Part shown: piece by piece, positions 28,600 to 42,878 of the stretch
Numbering within the stretch: position 1 is the first letter of the stretch
How the letters are laid out: every line of letters starts with the position of its first letter
Assembly: GCF_009914755.1 (NCBI RefSeq)
Contig: NC_060930.1
Reading direction: 5' to 3' (one strand)
Length of the DNA: 64,000 bases
DNA from: the human T2T-CHM13v2.0 reference genome, Homo sapiens
The notes under the pieces: model-generated
What the model was told of the DNA's origin: nothing
Databases searched by the model: none
What the model saw: the letters and a program-made list of their open reading frames with translations, nothing else
Program-made: the position numbers and the translations under genes

Positions 28600-28825
28600 C
28601 AAATGGCCCTTGTTTTAAACTGACAAGTCCTTTTCTAAGCTGTATGCAACTTTAGGAGTGACACATAGCCATTCTATGTTTCCTCTTCTGTAAATTAAGG
28701 ATGATAATTGTACCTCCTGTAAACAGTTGGTCTGAGAATTAAAATAAGATAGTACCTGAAGAACACGTAGCATAGAAAAAGCCACATGGTGAATACTTAA
28801 TAAATGTAGGCTAGTAACTATGCTG
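28600..28825 (+). mobile_element. MIR
   Basis: gtttcctcttctgtaaattaaggatgataattgtacctcc...tgagaattaaaataagat...gaatacttaataaatgtagg. Confidence 0.6.
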
Positions 28826-29177
28826 ATAAAGAAAAAGACGCCAATTATCTGACATTTTAGAAAAGTCAAAGCTATAGCAATGGGCAAATCATCAGTGGTT
28901 TCTAGGTGTTTGGGAGGTATTAGGTGACGGTTGAATTCATGAAGCACAGGGATTTATTCGAGTGGTGAAACCATCCTGTATGATATTGCAATGATAAATA
29001 CATGACACTATGCTTTTGTCAAAACTCATAGAACTTTTCAGCATAAAGAGTGAACCTTACTGTATGCAAATTTTAAAAATCAAAACCATTTTGGAGATTC
29101 GAATACCTCAGGATGGAACACAGAATGTGACCAGGCTGACTGTATTACCAATGTATAAAATAAATCTAATGGTATTA

Positions 29178-29633
<456 letters not shown>

Positions 29634-29662
29634 TCATAGGAATATAGGCAATTCTGATACTG

Positions 29663-29707
<45 letters not shown>

Positions 29708-29868
29708 CACACACACTGGATATATATACACACTGTATATATACACACACTATATATATATACACACTATATATATACACACACACTATATATATATACA
29801 CACTATATATATACACACACACACACTATATATATATATACACACTATATATATATATACACACACAC
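29663..29868. repeat. Compound (CA)n/(TA)n microsatellite
   Basis: A pure (CA) run, then alternating CACACAC-TATATATA blocks over ~200 bp. Confidence 0.97.
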
Positions 29869-32700
29869 TAAAATTGAACAATTAAGTAAATAAGAACTGG
29901 ATGATACAGTCAGGTTTCTCACTGCTGGCGTGAGATCTTCAGATAAGAAAGGGAAAGAACCAAATGATCCATGTGGTCATGGATTAGAGTTGAAGACATC
30001 AATATGAACTCATATTTAGCTTAATGCAGATACAGATGGTTATACATGGGAGCAATTATAGATATGTATATATACATGGGTTAGTATCCACAAATGTATT
30101 TCCTTCCTCTGTCAGTGGAGTGGTCCTAGAAGCAACAACATCCCATTACCAACAGCAGACACCTGACACCCAGATCTTGTTTTCTAATACCATTTTCCAA
30201 TCAAAAGAATCAGTGCTCTTTGGAGAATAGGCTGATCCTAGGATTGGTGCAGAAAATATTTAATATGGGCCTACAGCATCTTATAGTGCTAGAAAGTAAG
30301 GAAGTGCTCAAAAAAAGGAAAGAAAGGAACAACAACTCTGGGTTATGGAAGGAACAGAGTAGCCAACTAAAAGACCTACCAATGGTCAAAGCTGGAAAAT
30401 TTGAACAACAAAATAAAGTAGTATTGGCTTATAATCCAAGGTAAAAAATAAATCTCTGAGTCCATAATGATATTCAACATGAATAAAGTTAGACCCTCCT
30501 AGAACTTGATCTTCACTGCCCACTTCATTTTGTCTACAAAGAAATCTTGTGGATGTCAGTGCTTTTATACTCAAAGAGCAGTTCCTAACACCCTAAATAC
30601 TCCACTACTTTCCCTTTTAACCCATGAAAAGCTACCAAAAGTAAGAGGTCAGTCACAAATTACACTGACTTCCTAATAACAGAAATCCATATATGATTTT
30701 TCAATGAAAATAAGATATTACATTACCTAATGCCTCCTGTCGTTAGTTCTTTCCCTTCTGAAGTTAAAATTTACATATTTTATTTTTTTTCAAGTAAATC
30801 TGCTAGTAAAGTTCATCATACATAGATTTTATATGTTACTATTTTCTTTTAAAAGTGTGAAGGTATAAATCTAAGCTAGAACAGGGAAAACTGAAAGACA
30901 TACGTAAATAAATGCAGGTTTTAAGAGTTATATAATAGTTTTTTATATGCTTCCACAAAGTTACCCTTCACTAAACCCTGTAAGATAAATGCACCTTGCT
31001 GAGTTGAAGGCTTTTGTGAAGGCTATGCTTTAGGGGCAAGAAGGTGAAGATGAAGCAAGGAGATGAGAAGAAACAATAGAGCCAGGTGGCTGATCTCCCT
31101 CTGTAACATTGTACTTGAGGGAGCTGTTTGCACATGAGTGTCTCATCCATCTTTCCTCTGCATGCTCTGAGTCACACACCATAAATCTCCCTCTCAGTCT
31201 TCTCAGGCCTTGCATATCTAGAATCTGATATGCATATAATATAACTTAGAAATTTTATGCTTCTTCACAGTGCCCTAAAACACATAGTGACATAATCCTT
31301 GACTTAAATGGGGCAGATGGAAATACAGATGAAAGGAGAGAGACAGCAATGTTACCACTTCTCAAGAGCTCAAAGCCATTAAGTTGCAGAACTAAGGTTC
31401 AAAGCCAACTCATCTATCCCAAAGCCCAGTGGGCCTTCCCCCAATACCAAATGCCTCTGCATACATACCATCCTGAGCCAGCTTTAACCTACATTTGGAG
31501 GTTATCTGCTATTATTGTATTCAGTGTGAGTATCCCCTTTTCCCTTCTTAGTAAAGTATATAGTGTCGTAACTTAGTGATTGGCTCGGTGCTCCTGCTCG
31601 GTTCACTGGTAGGAAAAGACTTCCTTTGGTGACTGGTAAAAAGCACTAGCCTTGTGTCCAGACTGAAACTCTGATTTGAAAATTCCTTCCAACCAAAATT
31701 CCACCCTGCCAAAATTCCTAGAATGTGTATTCTGAGAGCAATGGAAGAAGCAAGTGGACCCAATTTATGTCCCTTATAGTTATTTAATCTATTTGATAGT
31801 TCACACATCTTACAAAACCTTTATGTACCTGAAAGTTTGAGATCTATGGTTGGTTTGTTTTGGATTGGGTTGAGTTGCCTCCTTATAGGTTCTAAAAGTT
31901 ACTTGCAGAAGGAGGATAAATATTTTTGTGGCACTCAAACTCTTTGAACCATAGCATTTGTGTCAATTGCTATTGCAGGTTTTACCAAATGACATATGGA
32001 CTTGATAAACTGAGGTTATATACTGTTAAGCTGCTGGGTCTTTTTGAGTCCATAAATGTAATAAATAATAAATGTAAAAACAATATTATATATATTTGAG
32101 ATGCTAGGTCACCACGGAATGAGGTGACAACATGGTATAGAAGACAACATAGTTTATAGTTTCGTAATACTTGTTTATACATTGCCTCACCTCCAGTTCT
32201 GGCAGCTGGCTTGATTCTATAGCCAATCCAGAGACTCTAGATTGGGTCTGGCCTTAGGCATTTTGTTCTATCCCTTAGAAGCCCTCTAAATCTGACTTGA
32301 CCTTGGTTACCTTCATTCTGAGTGCCCAAGGGATAGGCCAGATTGTTTTACATTCTAACCTCAGGAATGTGTCTGCCCTGGAATAAACCAAGCAATCCAT
32401 TTAATGCCTTAATTTTCACAACCGTACCAGACCTATCCTAACAGGAACCCTTACATACAAAGTGATCAAATTCTGCTGTCTGAATACAGATCCTTTAAAA
32501 GACTTTTACTAGGGAAGTTTGTAGAAAATTCAAGGACTGGACTACTCTGGAATCCTTCTTTCCTCTACCTTCCCAATACTTGGTCCATATTCAACTCCAT
32601 GATGGTTCTTGACGGGCCTACTGAGTGCAAGATTCAAAATAGAGGCTCAGCAACATTTTCCAAAAATTTTTTTGCAACTTTAGATTAAAATAACGCTATT

Positions 32701-33000
<300 letters not shown>

Positions 33001-33768
33001 AACACTATTACTTGTGGTAATTTGTTTGGTTCTCTATGTAACTGAATTCAGTTCACCAAAGTATCCCTTCATAGTTCTAATTGAACTCCTTTATTTTCAT
33101 TTTTAAATACTACAACCAAAAAACTCTATATAGCCTCTAGGTTTTGCTCTTCAGATGGCTGTATTTTTGGTAGGTGAAGCAATCCTCTACTTATTTCCTC
33201 TCCATGTCACAGATTTGATTCTAACACAGTTACTAATACAAGTAAGCTACTTGACTCTTGAGGATTCACAAAATTACCCGTGTCTTTCTGTTTAAACCCT
33301 TTAAACATTTAAAATTTTTATCTTCCTGACACATTGTTTTTTATGTCATGTTATTGTTCAGCAAAGTGGTGTTAGGAATGAAAAAGTGATGATAGAAAGG
33401 AGCAAGCCTCTCCAAAAAGGGGAAAAGTAAAGGTGATATTGAGGAGTAGGAGATTTTCTTTAAGCCCCAATCTCATGCAGATGTATACAGAAAAATACTC
33501 ATTCCACTGTGGAGGAATGCTAAGCAAACTGAAGTTTCTGTTTTTTAAAAATTATCTAACACGTAATAAGTTTAGAGAAAAACAGCTGTTGTTTTTATAC
33601 AGCCTGAGAGTCCCTGTTTTGTTATGAGAAGAAATCTGTAGACTGTCAAGTCCAGGATTGCTGTGAGTTTATTCATTGGCTGGAAGGTAGCATGATGGAC
33701 GATAGGCAAGGGGTGTCTGGCTTGGGGAAACAGTAGGAATAAGGAACCCCTTTTAAGATTTAGTAGTG

Positions 33769-34008
33769 ACTTTGGGAGGCTGAGGAAGGAGGCCAGGATT
33801 TCAAAGCCAGCCTGGGCAACATGGTGAGAGCTCATTTCTACAAAACATAAAATATTAGCCAGGTGTAGCGGTGCCCAGCTACTTGGGAGGCTGAGGTGGA
33901 AGGAACATTGGAGCCCTGTAATTTGAGGTTACAGTGAGCTATGATTGTGCCACTGCACTCCAGCCTAGGTAACAGAGCCAAGACCCTATCTCTAAAAAAA
34001 GAAAAGAA
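33769..34008 (+). mobile_element. AluJ-like, 5'-truncated and diverged
   Basis: ctttgggaggctgagg...cagcctgggcaacatggtgag...cagtgagctatgattgtgccactgcactccagcct. Confidence 0.85.
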
Positions 34009-34290
34009 TTCATAGTGAATAATGCTCTATTAATTCTTTCCCTAAAATGACACCTTGCAACTTTTCCTACTCACTCCATATTCCCCTAAATAAATCCTAG
34101 TTACTGTATTTTTACTTATTATAAATATCCTGGCTCTTTAGGGAATTAATCATCTTCCCAATCCTTTGTGTTTTTATAAAATTTTAGACTAGTGAAACTT
34201 CTCTAGAATAGTAAAAGGTAGAATCATTTTTCCAGATATTGTACATATAATTGTTTTTAAGGTATATGGTCTTGAGCTCATGAAAAAAAG

Positions 34291-34293
<3 letters not shown>

Positions 34294-34321
<28 letters not shown>
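34294..34321. repeat. (AT)n microsatellite
   Basis: Perfect AT dinucleotide run. Confidence 0.95.
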
Positions 34322-34334
34322 TTCTCCTACTCAA

Positions 34335-34660
34335 CAGTCATCAAATGTTTATTGAGCACCTACTATATGGCAGGAACTTTTCTCAGCATAGCATAGGTGC
34401 TCAACAAACATTTGATTTTCTAGGCATTGGAAATGTACTGGAAAACAAGGAATGGCCCTGACCTCAATATAAGCCCTTATGTTATGGAGAAGAGATATGG
34501 GATAAACATGTGGATGGGTAAATGAGATCACTTCAGGAAATAATGAGTGCCATGAAGAAGATAAGTAAGTGTGACTGGCAGGGTAGGTTTAATTGGGTGG
34601 TATGGAAAGGTCTCTGAGGAGATGATATTTGACTTGAGACATTAAAATTGAGAAAGAAAC
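34335..34660 (-). mobile_element. L2 3' end
   Basis: caaatgtttattgagcacctactatatggcagg...ccctgacctca...gaaaggtctctgaggagatgatatttga. Confidence 0.7.
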
Positions 34661-34692
34661 TTTTTATCTGAGGAATATGAGCCCATTTCAAC

Positions 34693-35070
34693 TGTCAGGT
34701 CCAGAGAGGCATTAAAATGTGATAGCAGTTAACATCTCTCCACCCTTAAGCAAAATAATTTCCTCTTCATTTGCTATGTGAGCTCTAGACTGATGCCAAT
34801 TAGCCATAAAATGCCCTACACTGGACACCATAATGCATACCTTATGGTTCAACAATGTAGACAATCACTAATCAATGTTACTTCTGTAAAGCAATGAGAA
34901 TTTCTAACACCTTTATATCGTACACTTCTTGTCTCCTTTCGCCTTTAAAAACCTTTTTGTGACAAAGGCCGAATAGCGCACTTGCTGGTGTTTCCCAGGC
35001 TGCGGTCCCCAACCTTGGCCCAAATAAATCCTCTCTATTAATTCGCCTCAGTTTCTTTCGTTAGGTTGTA
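34693..35070 (+). mobile_element. MER34-like ERV1 solo LTR
   Basis: caatcactaatcaatgttacttctgtaaagcaatgagaatt; cctttaaaaacc; ccttggcccaaataaa poly(A) region. Confidence 0.65.
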
Positions 35071-36718
35071 TTTGACCACTCATAAAATCGTATACATATT
35101 TGACCATTCACGAAAAGTAATTTGAGATCAGCTTTCCCACAGGGCAAAGTTGCCATGTTCATTTCTGGATCTGGGCCTTACTGCCATACATCTATCCAAA
35201 TATCATTTCTCTTTTTTCTCCTCTGTCTTTCCATCTAATCTTCTTCCCTTTCCACCTGTCTGTTTATGGGTCTCTCTTCTTGTTCCTTTTTTGTTTCATA
35301 TTTTCCATTTTCCTCACTTTCTACCTCTTCCTCTCAGGCCTAGTGCTTCCTCTCTGCAATGTTTTCTCTGACTTCTTAGAAAAAGTGCTGCCCTGGCACC
35401 TATACCACCTGAGTCTCTGTCACTTTCCCTCTTTCTTGACCTACCTTAAAGCAAACTGAAGCAAAACTTTTTTATCACTTGTGGAATTTAACAAACATAG
35501 TTGTATATTTGATATTATAAAGTAGTTATATCTCTCTTCACTTACTCTGGCCTTTGAGTTCTCTTACCAGGGAAAAAGAAATTCAGGTATGCAGTGTTAT
35601 ACCAAGTAAATAATATGTAAATATTTAAAATGTTTTAATCATTTTAATTCTCCTGAATTCATGTGAACTTCATAACACAATGCTATGTTTTATATTTGGA
35701 AGAAGCATGAGCTCTATTTATAGGTGAATCTTGACTTTGATCTTTTCAGAAGCAGTGTTTCAGAAGTTATGTGAAACAGAAATGAACTTTCTCCATTTTA
35801 TGCTTTTAACTGCAATCTAATTGATGTATTTCAATTATTTTCTCTACAATAATAGTATGCAATTATCTACTTTTTTTATTAAAGTCTTAATAGAACTTTT
35901 ATTAAAACTGGGATCATTTTAGGACAGACTAAAGTACTAAGCAAAAAATGTTATTTCACCATGTCTTGAAGAAAAACGCTATTAAGTCCTTTCCACTTCA
36001 CACTTCTGGCATAACTTCTCTTTGCCTCCATTTCCTCTGCTCAAAGATGAAAATAAGACCAATCTAATAAAGTTGTGTGTAGACTGAACTGATCAATTAA
36101 AACACCTAGAATAGTACCTGAAACACAGCAATAATTCAATTGGTGATAGCTGCTGTTGCTGCTGCTGCTACTGCTAATATTGTTATTGTTGTTATGGTAC
36201 AGCTTGCGTAGTTTAGTTGTGGTACCTAATGTAGCTCAGAACCTAAATCTGAAACCTATAAGCAACCTAGATGCTAGAAACATCCAGGTTTGTCATCTTA
36301 GTAACTCAGATCATTGTCAGACACATTTCATAATTAAACACATCTTCATCCATTTCTAATTCCCCAGAGAAAAAGGTTTATAAGTCTGGTATCTAACATG
36401 TTTGGAGCACCCATGCTTTAAAATGATTTAAGGAATATAGAAGATCGACTCAAGTTTTGCTCCTAGTTTTCAGGGAAACACCCAACGTGAGAGACTACTA
36501 CCATCCATGGACGGTTGCTCAGAAACTATGGGATTTACCACGTAGAATACATAAGGAGAAGTTTGCCCAGTTTGGTAAATTTTTGCAAAATGAATGCCTT
36601 AATATTCCTCTCTGCACTCAAGAGTCCCTACCTGTGATGACTCCGGTCCTACTGTGTACCTTGCTTTGGCCAGTGGGATAAGAGAAAATGTGATGCAAGC
36701 AGAGGAGGGAAAGGGCCT

Positions 36719-37227
36719 TGTGTTAGTCAGGGTTCTCCAGAGAAAAAGAATCTATACCTTCTATTCATCTCTGAGACAGGCAGAGGGAGAGAGAAAGAGA
36801 TACTGATTTATTAAAGGAAGAGCTTCATGTGATTATAGAGGCTGAGAAGTCCCATGATCTGCTGTCTTTCAAGCTGGAGACCCAGGACAGCCAGTGGTAT
36901 TGCTCCAATCCTAGTACAAGGGTGTGAGAACCAAAAGAGCAAATGGTATACGTTCCTGTCCAGATGCAGGAGAAGACCAAAGTCCCAGCCAAAAACAGGT
37001 AGAGACATTAAATTCTCCCATACCCCATCTTTTGTTCTATTCAGGGTTCCAACTGATTGGGTGAGGCCCATCCACAACAGGGATGTCAATCTGCTTTACT
37101 CAGTCTACCTATTCAAATGTTAATCTCATCTGGAACCACCCTCCCAGACACATCTAGAATAATGTTTAACCAAATATCTGGGCAGCCTGACATCCAGTCA
37201 AGTTGATACATAAAGTTAACCATTACA
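36719..37227 (-). mobile_element. MLT2 (ERVL) solo LTR
   Basis: tgtgttagtcagggttctccagaga...gaggctgagaagtccca...ccagtcaagttgatacataaagttaaccattaca. Confidence 0.88.
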
Positions 37228-37229
37228 GT

Positions 37230-38700
37230 GCATTCTTGTCTTGTTCTTGGTCTTAGAGGGAATTCGTTTAGTCTTTTACCTTGACTATGATATTAGATGT
37301 AGGTTTTTGGTAGATGCCCTTAATTGAGAAAGTTCCCTTCAATTCCTAGATTGTTGAGTATTTTATCCTGAAATGGATGCTGTCAAATGTTTATTTTGCT
37401 TTGGTTTGGTTTTTGTCTATTGAGATAATCATGTTTTTTTTTTTCTATCTTAATATAGTGTATTACATTGATTTTCATATGTTGAAACTCCCTTGCATTT
37501 TTATTTCTGGAATAAAAATCTCACTTGGTTGAGGTGTATATTTCTTTTTATATGTCTTAGATTCAGTTTTCTAGTATATTGTTAAGGATATTAGCATCAA
37601 CATTATAAAAGATATTGGTCTATAGTTTGCTTTTCTGTCTGGTTTTGGTGTCCGAGTAAGAACAGTCTCATAATGAGTTCAGAAGTGTTTTCTCCTCTTT
37701 TCTCGAGGAGTGGAGATGTTTATGAAGGATATGTGTTACCAATTCTTTAAATATTTGGTAGAATTCACCAGTTATTACTGTTGTTTGTTTAGTGATATTT
37801 CTGGACTAATTCAGTAGTCTTTATTCTTTGTCACATGTAGCCACTGCAATCTCTACTCAGTTAGCTTAGTGATCAGCTAATGAGTAAACAGTAATTTCTT
37901 AAGTACCTGGAACCAGTAAATCCCCCAGTCTTTATAGAGAGGAGCTTTGTATGCATTTTGGGGCATGTCTCCTACATTTAGTTTACAAGTCTGCCTTAAC
38001 TTCCACTTCCTGCTTGTGCAGAGCTTCAAGGTGAGCCAGAGTTAATTGCTGAGGGCCTTCTCAGATCCTTCCTGGGTATGCACTCAGCCTTAAACATGTG
38101 TATGACTTTTTAGATTCCCAAGAATACATCAGAGATTTTCAAAGCCCCTATGGATACCCCATGCCTCGATTTTGTCTTTCAACCCTTTTGAGTAGTCTAT
38201 TGTTTGCCCCAAGTATCAGCCATCACCTCTGGCATCATGATGTCAAAACACTTGCCTATAAATGTTTTCATCAAATGGTCTCTCTGGGGAGAAGATTTTA
38301 GCACTAAGCAAGCTCGAATCGGGTCAATTAAGGACATGCCTTTCCAGTTGGGTCTTCTAGGGAATGAGCAGACAGATCGAAAGATCAAATAACGTTAATT
38401 CTTTGGAAATGAAGTTTTGAAAGAGCTCCAGCTCTAGTCTGCTCCTTTTGGTACTGAGAATACGGGTTTTTTTTTTTTTTAAGCTGTTTCTAAGTTAATA
38501 AGTGGTAAATGAGACTAAGGTAAGTTTAAACACCACAAACCTTGCTGTTCTTACCAACATTCATCAGCTTTTCTTAAATAAATGCTTCCTGGTTTGCTAA
38601 AAGCCTTTGGCTAATTTCCAAAGATCTGAAAAAGTTTATTCTATTTGCCAGGTTTTGTTGTTGTTGTTTATGGAGGGATATATTTTTGGATGCTATTTTT
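37230..38700 (-). mobile_element. Old L1M antisense remnant (ORF2 piece plus a 5'-region piece)
   Basis: cttgtcttgttcttggtcttagaggg...tattgagataatcatg...gatattggtctatagttt...ttggtagaattcaccagt. Confidence 0.65.
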
Positions 38701-39124
38701 AATACACATCGCTACTAGTAGCAAATTAATCTTACCAAAATTGAACTCATAAAGTACAGTCAGTTCACCAATATTGACACTAATTTTATGAAAACTCAAT
38801 TTTGCGTGCTAACTGAGGAAAAAACTACTAAAGGAAATTGGGCGTTTCAGCATTTCAACTATGAAACATGACTGCAGGTAATGTTACAGGAAAATCTTCT
38901 GCAAATATGAAGAACAATTGAATATGAGCATACATGTACTTGGGTGACTACTCGAGAGAAACACTATTAAATGGTAGCTCCAAGATCTAAATAAAAAAAA
39001 TCAAAATTTTTAAAATTAGGACAACAAATTGTAAGATACAGCTAATAAATTAATATTAAATTTTACTTGTAAAATTGATATATCGAAATGCAAGCCAAGG
39101 GTCTTTATTAAAAACAGGCTGCAT

Positions 39125-39233
39125 AAGAGTATTCACTTTGTACTGAAATACAAAGAGCGTACTTTGTAAATTTTAAGTACAAAAATGTACTTTGTACTTA
39201 AATACAAAGAGTATTCACTTTGGACTTAAATTC
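39125..39233. repeat. Degenerate ~27-bp tandem repeat x4 with internal palindromes
   Basis: aagagtattcactttgtactgaaatac / aaagagcgtactttgtaaattttaagtac / aaaaatgtactttgtacttaaatac / aaagagtattcactttggacttaaattc. Confidence 0.75.
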
Positions 39234-40329
39234 TCATCCAGGATGATTGATGATAGAAGAAACATTTTGTGACTGTACTTTTACTTGCTGACACTACAAA
39301 AAAATAATTCTCTACTCTACAGAGAATGAATTCATAATGGAAAAACACAGAAGCATCTAAATTTGAGAGTATACTACACCGAGAGAAAAACAAACTCAGA
39401 AAATGCTAGGGTGAAAAGCAAGTTCATTTGCTAATTATTGTATTGTGATCTTTGCATTTTTTCATCTATCAAGTAGTTTTGTTTTTAATTTCAGTCTTCT
39501 GTGGCTGAAATGAGGTTTAAAAAACTCTTATTTTTCATATTTGTCTTCACAGCAATTGATGAGTTAGATTACTTAAATAGAACTATTCTGGGAAAAAAAC
39601 ATAATTCTACATTAAATGATACAGTATGTCATAAAATGACATGGACTAAGTGTTCCTTCAGTTGGATCATTCAGTACTTAAAGGCTACTTTCATTTGGTA
39701 ACGGAGGCACAGACAACAAGGACATCTAGTTAATGATTGTGCATCATTATAGAGGGCAATTTAGAAGTATATGCAGAGCCAAGCCCTTCCTACAAAGTTG
39801 TCATAGTAAAATCTAGTCATCCCTAGATTATACTGAGAGGACTACTATTGTCCTCTAAACCGTACCACATGGTTTTCAAAAGTTGTCTATTAAGACAGTG
39901 GATTAATCATTAATCTCACCAACTTCCAATTGCAATTACAATAATTTCTACACAAATAAACATCTTATTGTCTTCTATTAGTATTGCATGTTTTAATAAT
40001 ATGCTCCTAGAGTTCTTAAATTTCAGTATCACCCTCTCCTCTTCTCTTCACTCATTTCCGTTTATTCATGGAGTATGCTTGGCCTCATTCCATTTCATTC
40101 TAGCTCTCTCCCAGGGAACAAATGCCTCAACTCTTCTCCCTATTCATCTAAATGATGTTGCAACCATAAAACCTTCCTAACTGAAAGTTTTTTAACTTTA
40201 CACTGGTTTTGAACTGTCTAAATATAATTTTGAGACTTCTTCCTATCTCATTTCTCATCCGTAAAAACTCATTGTCCATTGGGTTGTATGTCAGTAAAGG
40301 ACTGTCTGTCTTGGTGTCTCCATTTGTCA

Positions 40330-42360
40330 TTATCTAGTCACCGAAATATGAATTCTATCCACCTATTCCACTGAATCAATTCAAACTTTTCAGTCCTTAT
40401 CTTACTGGAAATTTTTGTAGCATTTGAAATAGTTGGCCGCTCTTGCCTTATAAAATACTCTTTCTTTGGTTTCCTTAATACTGTTCACTCAGTTTTTTTC
40501 CCTGCTTCTCTGGACCATGTTTTGAGCCCCCTCATCAAACTCACCTCATATTCCTCCCCTCAAATGCTGATTTTCCTCACTAGATGTCCTGGTGACTCTC
40601 CACTTTTTACTGTATATACACTTTCCATAGGTAAATTCATTTGCTCCCTTGGCTGCAAATCCTATCTCTAAATTTATGATTCTCAAATAGTTTTCAGCAA
40701 AGAATTTCCTCCAGAGCTTCACATCTCTATAATCAACTGCTTTCTGAACATCTTCACTTGTATGTCTGATAGAGTCCAAAATGCAATACATCTAAAATTG
40801 AAGTCATTATTCCCATAACTTCTGCTTCTATATCCCAGTAACTGGTGCCACAGCAGTAGCAAATGTAGTTGGATACCTATCCAAAACCCATCCTTGACCT
40901 TTTTTCCCTCTCCCACCACACCCAGAAGAAAACCCAGTTTGGTATAGATTTCTACCCTCCTGTATAAGATCTACAAACTTTTGCCCTGATGTGTCCTGCT
41001 TGGTTGAAAGTACTTTAAACCAATAATGTCAGAGTCATTTCCCTTGCCAGTAAGTGGGTTTTCATGTGCATGTGATACAATTCTGGTGAATGAGACACGT
41101 GCAGAAGTCTGATGGAGGGCTCTGGTGAAAGGTCTTGCTCTAAATAAAAGATACAGGAAGAATTTGCTCCTTGGTTCTCCTTCAATGTTGTTGGGCTTGG
41201 ATTGATAACTGAAACTGCTGCAGGCTTCTTGTGTTTTCAGCAGGAGTTTGCCTAATAAAAAAACACATGATATGACGTAAACTGGAATCCAAACAATGGT
41301 GGAGAAGCAGAACTCAAGTCCTGTTCCTCAGGCCACTCTTCTTTCGAATGATGTCCCAAATCAGTGGCTCTCAAACTTAGCATGCATCAGACTCACTCAC
41401 TTTAAAAGGCCTCTTAGAACTTTCTCAGTTCTACCCCTAGAGGTTTTCATTCAGTAGCTCTAGATTACAGCTTACTCTAAAAAAACTTACTCCCAGGTGA
41501 TGCTGTGCTGCTTAACTATGGGACACACTTTGAGAACCACTGGTGTAAATAATTGACCTACAATGTCCTTACTACTTGCAGCCAAAAGCATTTTAGTGGA
41601 CCCCATTGTCAAAACCAGAATTTCATCTTAACCTTGTTTCACCCTAAGCTCTCTCTTCTTTGCCCCATACAAGTCTATTGTGAAGTGTCATTCATTCTAC
41701 CTTCTAAATATATTCCTTATTTGTCTGCCTTTTCTATAGTGAATATCAGTTTCTAGTTCAAGCCACTATCATCCCTCCCTTGGATTACTGCAACAATCCA
41801 AATTGATTTCTACTCTCAGGTTCATTTCCTCTGGATGTTCTCCACATTGCCATCAAAGGAAGCTTTCAAAAATCTAAATTTGGTCATTTATTATTTGCTT
41901 AAAACTTCACAAGGGCTCCCCAAGCCTGCAAGAATATAGTACCAAGTCTGTACTTTGCTACACATGCTTCAGGCTCATTCCTTGTCACTCCCCATCTTGC
42001 ACTTGCCTACTCCAGCCTTCTAGCTGTCCTCTAGTTTGTTGACACCTGAGATCACTTTGTTCTCCACTCCTCTGTGTCTTCTCATATGCTCTTTTGTTCT
42101 TCCCTAACCTGCCCTCTTCTCCTTTGTTTGGATTACACTTACTTATCTGGAATTGAAATTTTTGTTTGGATATCTCTTCCTCAGGGAAGTTTTCCCTGAT
42201 CTCCCAAGTGTTGACCTGAGACCCCTCCTATGAGCTCCAAGAACATTCTTTATTTCCCCTACAATAGCATTGATCTTATTGCACTGTAATTACCTTTCTG
42301 CTTGTCTATACATCTTGGGAGAGCAGAGACCACATCCACCTCATCCACCATGAGAATCCC
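40330..42360 (+). mobile_element. L2 body fragments (40330-40835, 41580-42360) interrupted by an MLT1-like piece and MER5A
   Basis: cagtccttatcttactgg..tagcatttga; tcaactgctttctgaacatcttcacttgtatgtc; cttggattactgcaaca; cttcctcagggaagttttccctga. Confidence 0.65.
41362..41542. mobile_element. MER5A hAT-Charlie DNA transposon
   Basis: Terminal inverted repeats cagtggctctcaaact ... actttgagaaccactg. Confidence 0.85.
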
Positions 42361-42419
42361 ACATTTTTGTTATTATCATCTTTTTCATCATCATCCGTCC
42401 CATCCTTCTCCTCATTTAG

Positions 42420-42590
42420 CAAACAACCACTAAGGAGCTTACATGAATATTTTATTTGACATTCTAACTACCACATTTTACATATAAGTAAATTGAGGTT
42501 CAGAGGGATCAAGTAATTTGTCCAAGAAGGTCAGCCCAAGGAGAAAGTGGGATTTGAACCAAGGGTATCTAACTCTGGAGTTCACTTTCC
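42420..42590 (-). mobile_element. MIR
   Basis: cattttacatataagtaaattgaggttcagagggatcaagtaatttgtccaag...gggatttgaaccaagg..tctaactctggag. Confidence 0.7.
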
Positions 42591-42637
42591 ATTTCCTCCT
42601 TCTCCCAAAAACAGTGTAAAAGCACCTGATTTTCCTC

Positions 42638-42672
42638 TATAAAACTACTACCCCCTCCACCCGTTCTCACCT
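42638..42672 (+). promoter_or_regulatory. Candidate core promoter: TATAAAA plus TCA initiator
   Basis: TATAAAA at 42638-42644. Pyrimidine-flanked TCA with the A at 42669, so the TATA box starts 31 nt upstream (canonical spacing). Confidence 0.35.
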
Positions 42673-42878
42673 TCCCTTTCCTGTTTTCACACCTCATATC
42701 ACCCCAGCTCCAATAACTTCATGTCCACGCATTCAGAGGCCTGTGGGCAAAGGCTTAATTGCAGCTTGCCAGAGAGGTACAAAGCCTGTTGTTGATCCGA
42801 TTCCCAGACCAGCCAGGCATCCCCCTCACCATGCTCTGGCTAATGCCTGTGCTGTGATCCTGCTTTCTCACTATACAG
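42669..42878 (+). other. Candidate first exon
   Basis: GC-richer unique sequence ending in donor CAG|GTAAGA. An alternative acceptor at 42707/42708 would give a 171-nt internal exon. Confidence 0.35.

Noticed and set aside
36156-36359. ORF with a poly-Leu, signal-like N-terminus
   Set aside because: Produced by a short (CTG/TTG)n tract at a MIR tail; non-ATG start.
39125-39233. CRISPR-like palindromic repeats
   Set aside because: Units are contiguous and degenerate with no unique spacers, there are no cas genes, and the DNA is primate.
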